NCBI GenBank assembly: GCA_012295275.1
Contig: CM022678.1
Coordinates: forward strand, 15,128,001 to 15,192,000
Origin: Chrysomallon squamiferum
Lineage: Eukaryota; Animalia; Mollusca
Reading direction: 5' to 3'
DNA length: 64,000 bases
The notes beneath the pieces are model-generated. The model did no database searches. It saw only the letters and a list, made by a program, of their open reading frames with translations, and was not told where the DNA came from. Positions 1 to 12,979 of the stretch are shown piece after piece. The translations under genes and the position numbers were made by a program. How positions within the stretch are numbered: position 1 is the first letter of the stretch; each line of letters opens with the position of its first letter.

Positions 1-669
1 TAGAGACCAACGAGTTTGAGTAACCCACCTCCGACAGTCATTGGCTACAGGTCTGGCAAGGGACACCACTCTGAATTATTTCCATTTCAATATGAGCGGT
101 ACAAAGTGAAAAATTACAAAAATATTAAATCTGAACATCAGCTCTTTTTATTTATATGTATGTATATGTTTTGTGTAACAATCATTTATAAACAGGAGCT
201 AACATTGGCAGTTTACGTAGATGCAGATACTTTAGATAACTCATTAACTCAATAACTGTTTATGATTTTGTCACAAAGTTTGTTTCATGTCCGTAAGTCA
301 CTAAACGTGTTGCATGTAATATTTATATTCAGCCTTTACACAATAATCTGAAACTAGATCAGTAGTGTATTTTCTGTTGCCAGGTAATAATCTGATCATA
401 CTCATGATACTGCTGTCTGTATATTTATAAATAATATGTACTGATGAATACTCATAACTGAAATAAAATTAAATTTTAATCTAATGAGAAGTTAACATTC
501 AGTATCTATATTCATAATATTGAGTCATAGCATCTTATTGATTTTGAAGATGTCTTGAAAATGACCCGTTGTATAAGATTCAAAAAAACTGCAATAATTA
601 ACTAGCAATCTAATTATTTATTATTATTATTATTTTTTATTTTTTTCAGATCTGTGGAATCAAATTAAA

Positions 670-3600
670 ATGTCACACTTGGTTTTCCTGCTTACACTAG
701 TCAGTTGTGTAGTGAGAACAGACAGCAGACAAAAACAGGTTGTTGTAGTGGGAGGTGGGATTGCAGGTCTAGCAGCAGCAAGAAAAATAAAAAACTGTGA
801 CCTGTGTGACCTGGAGGTGACAGTGTTTGAAGCAAGGCGTGACCGCTATGGTGGCAGGGTGTGGTCAGACAGGAGGAACATGCCACACGCTCGAGGTTTG
901 TTGTACTTTTTAAACTTCAGTTTAATAATATTTTTGTATTCAATAAAAGCTCTAAGTTTGAAACAGCATGGGATTTTGTTCAAAGTCTGCAAAAATTTCA
1001 AAGCAGGTTTGAGTAACAGAAACTAAAATCAACTTTGCTTATTATGATTCTATATAAAATATTGTCTGGAAGGAAAATTTTCCATCTAACTTGTTTTGTT
1101 TATTATTTTAGTGGTTAGATTATATGTGTTTATCTCTAAAATAATTAATTTACAATAAATATCAGGATTAAAAAAATATGGTATATTTTAAAACAGCTGA
1201 ACTCGTTAATGTTAAAAAGTTACAAATATTAATAAAAATGAGGTTTTTGAGAGTAAATAATGAGGTAAGTGTATTTCAGGTGTAGAGGCAGAGTTGGGAG
1301 GTGCGGTACTAAACATGCAAGTGAAAGATAATCCCTTGATTAATCTCACGCGAACCTACGAGTTAGAAACATCAAAATTTGGAGACTTTATATTTGTCAT
1401 GTCTGATGGAAAAACTTACAGAGGGAAAGAGTTGGCTGATATTTATATTAAAGCAATCAATGTAAGTTTTATTTTTGTTGAGTTTTTATTTATTTATTTT
1501 TCACTTTTTTTTTTTTTTTTAAACTTAAGACATATATTTAATTTAGAAAAAAATGACCTGTTATTCTGCACTTACAGCTTCATGATATAGAAATTATATA
1601 GTATAAAAATATGTTTTAAACTTACTGATTTTATTTAAAATAGTTTTTAATTTTCTGTTTACAGCTGGCTTCTAAAATGAGTCTAAACAAACAGAAATTA
1701 AATAAAAATTCAACTCGGCAAATATTTATGCTTTTAAAATTCACTACAGTGAATTGTTTATCTGATATTTATTACAATTGGCTATCTGTTTATTAACTGT
1801 CTTATAATTTAGTTTGGATTTAGATTTTGATTTTGATTATTTTTGTTGAAGATCTGATGATTTAGCATTGGATTAATAGATTATAAATGTAAATATTTAC
1901 TAAGAAATGTAATTTCAGGTAGTTGCACAGGCAGTAAATCAGGTGAAGAAGTCACAGACAGACATGTCTATGCACGATGCTGTCACAAAGTGGGTAGAAG
2001 AAGAAGAAGAAGACATTGAGATGGATGATCCAGTGGGATTGTTCCTTCAGGCTCTTCCCTCCATGAACGTTGGTCCATACTCAGCAATGCTGTACAATCC
2101 AAGTGATCTAGATTTTGGTTATGAAGAAGTTTTGCTAGATGGAGTGTCAGAGTTAGTAGATAGGTTAGTGCATTTAGTTTTAAAAAATCTGTTTTTACTT
2201 AGTGATTAAGAAATGTATCGTTGTTTGTTAAATAGTTATTATGTAGTGATTTTTTAGATATTTAAACATACAGTATTATTCGTTTTTTAATAATTTCAGA
2301 TTGTTAATTAGTTAATTTGTAGCTGGTTTGTTAAATAATTATTGTTTATTTATTTCTAAGATATTCTGAATTTCAGACTAGTAATTTCAAATTATAATAA
2401 TTAATTAATAGTGTTTATGTATTTCCTTTTAAATATTTAAGGATAATTTTAGAATGCTTAGTTGTTGCAATAATTTAAATTTGAATAAATTATTAATTAA
2501 TAACAGGTTTGTTAAATTATTGTTGTTTATTTATTTCAAGATATTTAGAGATGTTCTGAATATCAGGCTGGTTATTTCAGATTATGTATTTACATTTAGT
2601 TATTTAAACATAATTACAGCAATATTGGTTTCAGTAATTTTAAATTATGTTAATTATTAATTAATAACTGGTTTTTTAAATAATTACTGTTTATCTCTAA
2701 CTATTTAAGATATTTTTTTGTTTTGAATTTCAGACTAGTAAGTGGTTCTGGCCCAGAACTGCCACTGAAACTTGAACTAAGAAAAACTGTGAGACATATT
2801 GAAATCAAAGAAGAGAGTCATCAAGTGGTAATCCGAACAAAGGACAGAGAACAGATCACTGCTGATGCTGTTGTTGTAGCTGTTCCTGCCTCTGTACTGC
2901 GAAGTGAACACATTGTGTTTGAACCTCCTTTATCCAAACAGTACAGACAAGCACTTGATCAAGTTGGTTAGTTCATGACAATGAAATTTTGTTTTAATAT
3001 CATAACAGAAGACTGAACTTTAGTCTTCTAGAAAACATATATTTCTAGTTTTATGTTGTTTACAACATCAGATTTTGAAGAAAAAAATGTTGCTGGTTTA
3101 AAGAAGGTATATATAAAAATCTGTCTATCTATATTTAGATATGTATAGATAGATAGATAGATTTTTTAAGGAATATTTAGAGGGCTGGGATGGGAAAGGT
3201 AATAATTATGTGTGTATACACTGCTGAATGCTTCTGTGTAACGCATGTAACTTTTCCTGTTGCTGTCCAAGGGACATAATCCTATGTCAGAATTTTCTAT
3301 TAATTTTTGGTAATTTCTGACAGAAGATTCTTATTTCTCACAATTTTATTTTACTTCACTTCACTTCACTTTACTTTATTTTATTTTATTTTGTGTGTTC
3401 TAGGTATGAGTGAAGGAAACAAACTTGTTGTGGAATTTGATGAAGTGTTTTGGCCGGCTGATGTTGGAGTGTTTTTGCTGGCAGCATCGACAGAGTCAGA
3501 AAGAGGCTTTCTGCAGACGTGGGTGAACACTGACAAACATGTGGGTTCTCGCACTTTGACGGGGATGATCCTCGGTCCCGCAGCAAAAATATTTGAAAAT

Positions 3601-5179
3601 ATGACAGATGATGAAGTCAAAAACAAAGGTGACAAAATTAACTATTCTGTTGTTAGGAAATTTTATTCAATTTCATGTACATTTTTGTTTTAAAATAAAT
3701 ATAACTCCATTGGCAGATCTCTGTTATATGAAAAGTACTAGTTGAAAAAGAAATATATTTAAAATAACCTAAATTAGTTTTATATTCTGTTTCTCTGGTA
3801 TTTTTTTCTTTTTAATTTTTTAATCTGATTGCACATTTTGTATAAATTTGTTGTTTTATTTGTTTGAGAATTAAATGAAGAAAAGAAGTGTTCAGTTTGT
3901 TTAAAGACTCAGATGTCCTTTAAGACAGATGTTTAATGATCCTTCAGTACTATTTACTCATTGTAGTTTTTGTTGTTAAATAAAAACATTATTTTGTCTG
4001 TTGATTTAAATTAACTTTTAACATTTTAACATATTTTTAAAATAAAACATTTCTGAACTGTTTTTTATTTTTCAGCTTTGCAGCAGTTGACAAAGTTGTT
4101 TGGTGAGAAAAAGGTGGAAAGGAAGAAACATGACAAAAATTTTAAGATCTGATTGGAACTCAAACATTTACTCTTTAGGTGTCAGTTCCTTCCCATTAGT
4201 AGGTAAATATCAAACTTTTTATTTACATTTTTAAACACTTCATAATAAATCATAGAATTTTAGAATTTAAATGCCACATGTGAAATCTTTATACTGTAAA
4301 AAGTATAATCGTAAATTGTTTGAGAAATGATTTGTTCATTTTCAAATTTGTTATAAATTAATGTACTTGAGGTAATAGACATACTCAAAATAAATGGTAC
4401 AGATATCACATTCCATGTACTAAGATAAAATTCAGTTTAAAAACTTTTTTTTTTCTAACAGGTACACTGTAAACAAAATCTTTGATTTTTATTGTAATAA
4501 AACAACACATTTTAACTAGTCTAACCAGGCTATTTGCTGATATTATCTTCCATTTTGCCTTGATTGATATGTGTATTTATCATGTGGTCAGTCCTTCTCA
4601 ATGTATACACTCAAATATTTCCAATTCAGTAGCTTGTTTGTAACAAACAGATATGTCAGAAATATTACTGTTATTCATTAAGAGATTCTATACCAGTTTT
4701 CTTTTCTCATTATTATATGCAGAAAAAAAAAAAAAAAAAAAAAAGACATTCTAAATTGCAAAATTACCTCACTGTTAACTAATCTATAACAATTTGTCAT
4801 TTGAGACTGCAATGAATCTTCAAATCTTTAATTTTTGGAACATTTCATTTTTTAAATCTTTTTCAATTTTTTTAAAATGTCTGAGTTATTTTAGGTAACA
4901 ATCCTGGAATTTGGGAGACGTTGGCAGAGCCTGTTTGTCCGTTTGTGTACTTCGCCGGAGAACACACGACACTGAGTGGGATTGGCTCACTGCATGGAGC
5001 TTACAAGTCTGGGGTGAGAGCAGCTGACCAGTTTCTGTCAAATTACTGTGATAAACAAAGAAAAACTGAAAAAAACTGAAAAACTAAATAAGACTGTTAG
5101 TGAAAAGGAAAAACAGAAGAGTGTGAAAGAAACAGAAAAACAGAAATCAAAAGTTAAAAAGAACAAAGATGAATTATAG
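670..5179 (+). CDS. Flavin-containing amine oxidase (polyamine/spermine oxidase-like), secretory pathway, with two apparent +1 frameshifts (assembly error or young pseudogene)
   Basis: Exons are 670-895, 1280-1461, 1919-2163, 2734-2966, 3404-3628, 4076-4202 and 4895-5179, all GT-AG with compatible phases. Motifs: hydrophobic N-terminus MSHLVFLLTLVSCVV, Rossmann VVVVGGGIAGLAAA, EARRDRYGGRV, ELGGA, ADAVVVAVP, GNKLVVEFDEVFWP and YFAGEHT...GSLHGAYKSGVRAA. As written, the frame stops in exon 6 (TGA 4150) and at 5077. Removing one A at each site gives 506 aa ending KNKDEL*. Confidence 0.85.
2200..2741 (+). repeat. Degenerate intronic tandem repeat including a copy of the exon-4 acceptor
   Basis: GGTTTGTTAAAT(A)ATTATTGTTTATTTATTTC-like units recur. 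TGAATTTCAGACTAGTAA occurs at ~2367 and at the true acceptor ~2724. Confidence 0.6.
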
Positions 5180-5681
5180 CTTTTCATATCATCAAAGCAC
5201 ATTTAAACATAAAAGAGAAAAGGTAGAAAAGAAAACTTAACAAGAATGAAGATTAATTACAGGTTGTAATATCATTATGGATCATTATTTATTATTTATA
5301 TCTATATTACGTTAATGGTTTAATAAAATGAAACAAAAATAAACTAGAAATGGAAAGTTAAAAAGAACACAGATGAATTGTAGGTTGTCATGGATCATTT
5401 CGTGATAGCTGTATTGTGTTGCTGGTTTAACACAATCAAACAGAAAACAGGAATGAAAGTTAAAATGAACAATGATTGATTGATTGTGTTATTGTTTCAT
5501 TACAGACATGACAGCTGCAGTATACTGATGATTTAAAACAGTAAAAAATTAGGTTAAAATCTAAATGAGGAATCTTTCAGATCAGATGTCTAAAACACTG
5601 CTAAACTTTTTACATTTTGTATAGATATTTGTCATTTTATATTTTTGACAGTTTAAAATATAAGCATAAGTATTACAGAAT

Positions 5682-5716
<35 letters not shown>

Positions 5717-7412
5717 ACCCACAAATACATACACATATGCATACAAAAAAATGAAATAGTAAATTTAAATTTCACTGTATTGAGCAATTTCGATAATTTT
5801 CCCACTGCTTTATATATATATATATCTGTGAGTATATATATACTGAGGTTGCCTTTTACATTTGTCAATTTTTATGTATAGGTACATAGACGAGAACATA
5901 ATATTATCTTAGTAATTTATTTATGCAACTTATTAATGTAATATTTGATTATTGTTAAAATAAATATATTCTTTTCCTAATCACCATAATTTTTTAACAA
6001 AGTTTATGTACGTATTTAAAATAAAAATAATTCAATATTTCATTGTATTTTTTAATTAATTTCTGCAAATGCTATATTTATCATTTACTCCATTACAGTA
6101 ATTCTTCAGCATTCTGTTCAGGGCACTACATTCTCTATAATTGACAAAAACAAAATTATATTAAACTTTGAAACCAAATTCTGCAATGATATATTTGTTA
6201 ATACTTAATTAATAGTTTTACTGACTTCTGATTTGTAAGGTAATTTTGATCATTGCACATAACAAGTACTCAGTATTTTTGCTGCAACAAAAGTTATTTT
6301 TCTCCTTCTAACTTAACACATAGTTCATGATTTACAAATAGAAAATAAATTGTATCTTTCTGAAATTATTTTTTAATTGGCTTCATAAATTTCAGTATCA
6401 AAATATTTTTTGTGATGCACAATAAAGTTTATAGGTGTTTCTTTTTTTAAACTTTTTTAAATATTTTTTCCAGCTTGCATCTTCCTAGCCTTTCTTTTAC
6501 CTGTTTTTTCTTAATTTTTATTCTTTGATCATTTGTTTCTTTATATCTGTCATCTTTTTCTCTTTTCTTTTTTTTTTTTTTTTTTTTTTTTTGTGCGTAT
6601 TCTCTTATATATTTTTTGTTCATTTTTCCATACTTTTAATTTTGTCTTTTTCTTCATATTTGTATTGATTGATTGATTGGTTATTATTTTTATTATTTAC
6701 TGATACATTCTTTCTTTTTCTTTTTTCCACGAGGCAGGTTTGTTTTGAAAATCAGATTGTGAACAGATCCAGTGTGGGTTGTTAGTTGATATTTCACATT
6801 GGTAGTTTTATGTCCTTTTGACACCCGTGTTTTTATTTAAAATTCAAAGTCAGGTTATAAATTACGTAAAAAAAAAAAAAAATCATCTTCAGCTTTTTTC
6901 TGCCAATTTTCTCAATGGTAATAAATGATAAATTAAATACCAGTAACTAGAGTTAGAACTGTATACTGAACAAAATCAAAATTACAAGCTACTTATTTGA
7001 AATGTTCATCATTTGATTTATTATGTCTCTTCAGACATCACCAATTAAAAATCACACTGATTGCAAATATTTAAGATGTGGCTCACAACTAAAATAATAT
7101 TTCTTCTTTTAATTAATTATCTATTTATATAATTTGTTTTTATTCTTCAGTTATTTGTAGGTTTTTTCATCATATTATTAACTGGGTTTGTTTTGGTTTT
7201 TTAAATAATTTTTTATATATTTTTCTTATTTCTACTTCCTTCATCCCCCTTATCTTCTAATTCTTTTTCTTTTCATTTTTCTTACTCTGCACGTTTCTTG
7301 TTTATTTTTCTTATATTTGTCTTATCATCATCATCATTATTATTATTATTGACAATTATTTTTATTATTATTATTATTTATTATTATTATTTATTATTAT
7401 TATTATTATTAA

Positions 7413-7456
<44 letters not shown>

Positions 7457-8996
7457 TTCTTCTAGTTTCTTCTTAATCTCATACTTTACATTTATTTTCT
7501 ATATATTTTATGTGTGTGTTTGTATGTATGTATATATGTGTATATATATATATATATATATTCATCTTTCTTCTTATTTCTTCTTGGTTATTATTTTGAT
7601 TTTTAATAATTAAAGCGGAACGTCTCGAACAGTTTGATATTTATATTATTGTATCAATGTGTTGCAGGGGAAAACATGTTATGATGTTTTATATTGTTTA
7701 TATTAACAAAATCATTTTATTCTTAATATTTACAATAGCAACAACAACAAAAAATAATAATTCGTTTTTGCTTTATGTTTGGCTGTTAATCTGTTTATCA
7801 CGAAATACAAACATTATAAAATATAAATCTATTTCTTATTTAAAATGCGGCATTTCAGTGATTTTCATGATATTTCTACTAAAGTTGACAATAAAATAAA
7901 TAAAAAATAAATAATAAGTCTATAATAATAATAATAAAGAATTATAAATATTTTGATATAAAAAAATGACATGACAGAATTGTTATTAACAAGAACAGTA
8001 TACTACGCAGCATTTATAATAATATTATTTCAGTTTTCTCTTTTTAGTGAGAGGTGAAACTGTCTTTCTTCATTAAAAATTAATATTAAAACTAGATTCT
8101 TGTTTTTCCCATCATGTTGATTAAAAACTAAATACCAAAATGTCGAAATATTTTTTATTACACTTATATACAGATTCTTGTTTATACATTCTTAGATATG
8201 TATCTATCTGTCTATATTGTAGTAATAGTAGTAGCAATAGTGGTAGTGGTAGTAGTATTTGTAGCAGCAGTAGTAATAATAGTAGTATATTTTTTTAAAT
8301 AGTTTTTTTTATTATTGTTGCCAGTCGCATACATGTGCATATATGTGTGTGTGTGTGCGTGCGCACGTGTGTTTGAGATAGTATTTACAATTTACAGTGT
8401 CGCTGTTAGTCACCTATAAGCACGTATAAAGTGTACCCTTTGTTCAGATAGATAGTTTATGGTTAATTCTTTACAAAACAGAGCTAACCAGCTGTCGTTA
8501 TATCGCTTTGCAATATTTACCATTATATTAACATGTATTAGGTCAATGGTTTCAATTTGACACTCACTGAATAATGGGTTTGCATAGCTGCATGGGTTTG
8601 CATAACTGTGAATAGCTGATTTACTTCAGTTGTACCTATATAACGTCATTTGTGAACTAGTGTTATGGAGAATTTTTAAGTTGATTGATATTTGCACGGA
8701 ATTGAATTGAGTAGTTCGTGACTCAGGTGATCATATCTCTACGACTGTTGTCACACCTTTTATTAAAACGGTTTAGCAAATGTACATCTTATAAATAGAC
8801 GTATTTCTCTAGTTTAATTTCAGACCGTTACTGTCATGTATAAAACAATGGTAAAATGTAACCCATACTAAATGCACTTATACTATAATACATTATTATA
8901 AGTGTAAATTAACTGGAAGTGTTTTAATGGTTTATCAGTACAGCTGTGTTAAAGATCGCGTCTGATATGTCGTTGTCTACAGTGTTGCCGAAGTTG

Positions 8997-11498
8997 TCAC
9001 AGTCGTGGAGGAAGTGGAGGTGGATCAGGTGGACGGTCTTTCACTGTAAAGAACAAAACAAAAATTATCATCTACTTTCATTTATTTATAATATTAAAGT
9101 ATTACCAGCTACTGTGTTTTGTATGTGTGGTTTACCCACCCGCAGTAGATCTGAACTTACTGCAGAGTTACGTTTTATGTATGTATTATATGAATAGCAA
9201 TATTTTAATACAGTGTTATATTTGTGTTGAAGTGAATTAGTATAAATTAATGTACGTTTTATCTGACATTGATGAATTGCTAGTTATTAAACAACAGTGC
9301 TGAATTTTATTTGTATCTATCTGTCTATCTCTAGATAGATAGATAGATAGATAGATATATCTGTATATAAGTGGGGGTTGTAGTGACTGATACAATAAGA
9401 AACTGAACAATTTATTATTATTATTATTATTATTTTTACATACTTGTTCTTCTAAAGTTTACACTAGTGTAGGTTTTTCTACAATCAGAAAACGGTTCAG
9501 GTGGAGGCAATTCTTTGATGTTGTGAAAGCGAAAGCGTTTCTCGAATTCTGAAATCAACAAAATAAACAAATATGTGTGAATGTGTGTGTGAGTTTCAGA
9601 TTTGTATTTCCTTGTTTCGCACACACAAACACACACACACACATACACTCACACACACACACACACACAATATACACACGCATACCCACAAACTAACATA
9701 TTAACAATTGTTAAGAAGTAAATTACACCAAGTAGATAGATACCTGTAGATTTCGGAAAACTTTCAAAATGAATTCAGTTCAGTCCAGTGTCCAAGACAA
9801 AAAAATGTATTTATTTATTTATTTATTTATTTATTTGCCTTGACTTATTTATTCATTTTCATTTTATCTACAAACTATATATCACACCGAAAACACACGA
9901 TGATTTATGAAGACTAGTAATAACATTTTATCTTTTCAAATCTAGAAACTATTTTGAAACGTTTTGCAGATATTTGGGTAAAATTGCTTTACACTGAACG
10001 ACTACAGTTTAAATAAATAATTTATAAATTTGAATAATTTTGAACTTCTGCTTTCTGAAAATGTTTTTTTAAACCTTCTGTGGATTGTAGTCACATTTAC
10101 TGATGGTAACTGTTTATTTGATAGAATTAACGTCTGAAACGAATAACATAAATGAAATGATGTGTTTTAATGAATCTAGGAAAAAAGTCCAGAAAAAAAC
10201 AATCAGGAAAAAAAATCACAATTTTTAAACAAGAAATAATATTAGCAATGTAAGATAGATTAAACACATTTTGTCAGCGTGTTTTGTTAAAGTTGGTTTT
10301 AATGTTGGTGGTTTTTCTTTCATCAAGTGTGAATGTTGGCGAGATTGTTAAACTGCTTCTGGGTGTTCTCTCTGTAAGTCTGTTATCAATGAACCTCGAC
10401 AGTTACAACTAGATCTGTTGACGTATTTCCACCACAACTTTGTTTTGTGAGTTGCATGTTTGGTACACATGAACCCCGCCTATCACGTTTATTGCTATGA
10501 ATAATTTCCATATTAAACATACTTCTGATACTAGAGTAAACTGGAGAATATATCGTGAAACACATTTTATGGAAATTTTAAAAATTGTTTACAATAGGAA
10601 GCCCTTAGTTTATATCGATCCTAATCAGTAATCCAGACCCAAGCATCCCCCCTGTTCAGCATGAAGCCCCTTTCTTTAATCTAATCTAACTGACCTAATA
10701 AGAAATCTAAACAATTACCCCATGTATACCATAATGCCACATTCAGTACTCTACACACCCATACATTTTGTTATTTAAAAATTGTGACCTTTTTCTGTGA
10801 CTTTTTTTACAGCAACCGTTTCAGTATGGCCCGATTAATACTTGAATGAATATTAAGAAGAAAAAAGAGTAAAATGCAATAATTATAATGATGATAATGA
10901 CGATGATGACTATGTTAAGAAAAAAATAATTTATATATGTGTGTGTGTGTGTGTGTGTATGCGTGTGTGTGTGTGTGTGTGTGTGTGTTTTTCATGCAGA
11001 CTTTTCTCAACGTTTCTTTATGTTAAACGGCAAATTTAAAACACCCGCTACTTTTTGTAATGACTATGATAACTAAATAGTTTCTAAATCACTAATTTAA
11101 CAGATAATAACGATCAAAGCATATGGATATATTTGTAAAACGATTAACCGAAGAGAAATCCGACATCCCTTGGGCTAAAAGAGGAAACAGATTATTTTAC
11201 ATTTACTTCCCAGAGGCCGGAAATCAGAAGGTCTCGCGGCCCCGGCTAGAATGGAAAATAAAGGAATTAATCTATGATCTATGAAGCCTGCGGGTGCCCA
11301 GCCTATTTCTGTCGCTGCTGAACTGACTGCAGATAGCGCGCTGGTGTAAAACAAACCTGACGTAACAGCTGGCTGGGTCGAGGAAGGTCTGTTGGCTCTG
11401 GACGGTAATGGCGGCAGAGTCTCTTTGTTTCGTTCTGGTAGTGGAGGAGCCTCCATGGAGATTTGACGGTGTGTGAGAAGCACTGGCTCTGACATCAT
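8997..11498 (-). CDS. Small proline-rich protein with a WIP/verprolin-type WASP-binding motif (147 aa, no WH2 seen)
   Basis: Exons are 11498-11207, 9548-9444 and 9043-8997, with phases 1/1 matching and 444 nt in total. The protein is MMSEPV..APPLPERNKETLPPLPSR..KFEKRFRFHNIKELPPPEPFSDCRKTYTS..MKDRPPDPPPLPPRL*. The FEKRFRFHxIxELPPPEPF..K.Y.S segment resembles the WIP C-terminal WASP-binding domain (ESRFYFHPISDLPPPEPY..KSYPS), which is followed by a terminal PPLPP motif as in WIP. Confidence 0.75.
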
Positions 11499-11612
11499 CG
11501 ACAACCTGAAGTTAATTAACATTTAAAACTTGGTATTTTATTTACCGTGTCTTTGCTTTTAGATAGTTGTTTTTAATCGTTGTTATAAACATCAGAATTA
11601 GTTAATAATAAT

Positions 11613-11652
<40 letters not shown>

Positions 11653-11889
11653 GTACTACTACTAATACTACTCTAATATCATTACTACTACTACTCTTCT
11701 TACACATTACAACAAATAACAACAACAACAACAGTAATACTGTCATCGTCGTCGTTATTTAGTTAATTTCATTTTTCTTTTTCAAATAAAGCAATTTATT
11801 GAATAAAGGTAATCAAAAATCATAAAAGACTTTCCGTAGTCCGACTGAAGGTAAATTAAACAAAACATGATAATATTATAACAAGAACT

Positions 11890-11932
<43 letters not shown>

Positions 11933-12082
11933 CTAGACATAAATTCACTGTAATCATATTTCTGAAGATATTGACTATTTCTAATGCAACTGAAATGATT
12001 ACAAATTATAAGATTTTTTTCTCAGTTTTTCATATAACTTTTCGTAGTGCTATAATACTTAGAAAAACCGTCGCAAACTTAC

Positions 12083-12165
12083 CTCCTATTTCAGCGTACG
12101 TCTGTTCATTCGCGTGTTTTCAGTATCGCTGTAAGCATTCGTTTACACTGGTTCGTGTAGCTCAG
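12083..12165 (-). other. Probable non-coding 5' exon of the WIP-like gene
   Basis: There is a strong donor GAG|GTAAGT at 12083/12082 and a matching acceptor TTCAG at 11506. An in-frame TGA lies just before the junction, there are two short uORFs, and the region is CpG-rich. The 5' limit is approximate. Confidence 0.5.
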
Positions 12166-12979
12166 GAAGTGAAACAGGTACATTAAAACATTCCATATAC
12201 AATCACATAACTTTGAAAAGTTGTTTCTAAACCAGACTACAGTACCGCCGACTTAAGAATAAAATAAACTAATTCTGCTCTGTGTAGTGTACGACTACAA
12301 TAACGTGAGTACCGACCCGACAGCCTGTGAATGTGAAAGATTTTTTTTTTTAATGTACTTAAGGAGATCCTATCTAACAACTAATCGCAGCGACCTGGAA
12401 GTTCGAACTGATTGATTGGAATGAATGACTTACTTTCAACGTTATCCCATGGGTTATCAAACACTTAATCTCGATACTTCTTTAATATTCTCAGGTTTTT
12501 AAAACTTTAATAATTATTTAAATAATAATAATAATAATACAAAAAGGTATTTAATTAGGAAAATTAAATTCTATTTATATCATGATAAAGTAAGGCTATA
12601 TATCAAAGTTGTTCTAATTCTCTTCTGCGACATGCATGACCAGCAAACCATCCCGCCGTTGAAAATGAAATGTTAAGACCTGGGAAAACGAGTTATAAAG
12701 GAAACTGAATAAACCATTCAGGGGTTGACGACTACGAAAACCAATACACAAAAGACGATGTTGAATTTTAAACCATCAGATCTCTATACGTTCACCATAA
12801 TTATAAAACTGCATACTCAGCTGAGCAGTTTATCTATTACATATACCAACAAAACACTCAACGTCCCGTCAGACTGTCCTAATCGAATATTTTCTAAAAT
12901 ATACGAATTATTTCAAGTTCGTTTATTCCGAAATCAATCATAATTGTTAAGTTCAGTGTAATACATACGCGCACACATT

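Noticed and set aside
4105-5080. Programmed ribosomal frameshifting in the oxidase
   Set aside because: Two independent +1 events would be needed and no stimulatory structure is evident. A homopolymer indel is simpler.
8946-9197. Plus-strand ORF and a GATCAG|GT site resembling a third MBOAT exon 1
   Set aside because: It is better explained as the antisense of the last WIP-like exon, which has a good acceptor and matching phase.
9740-10420. Possible extra WIP-like exons (donor at ~9744; open stretch ~10275-10400)
   Set aside because: I found no acceptor/donor pair that keeps the frame open, and the three-exon model already fits.
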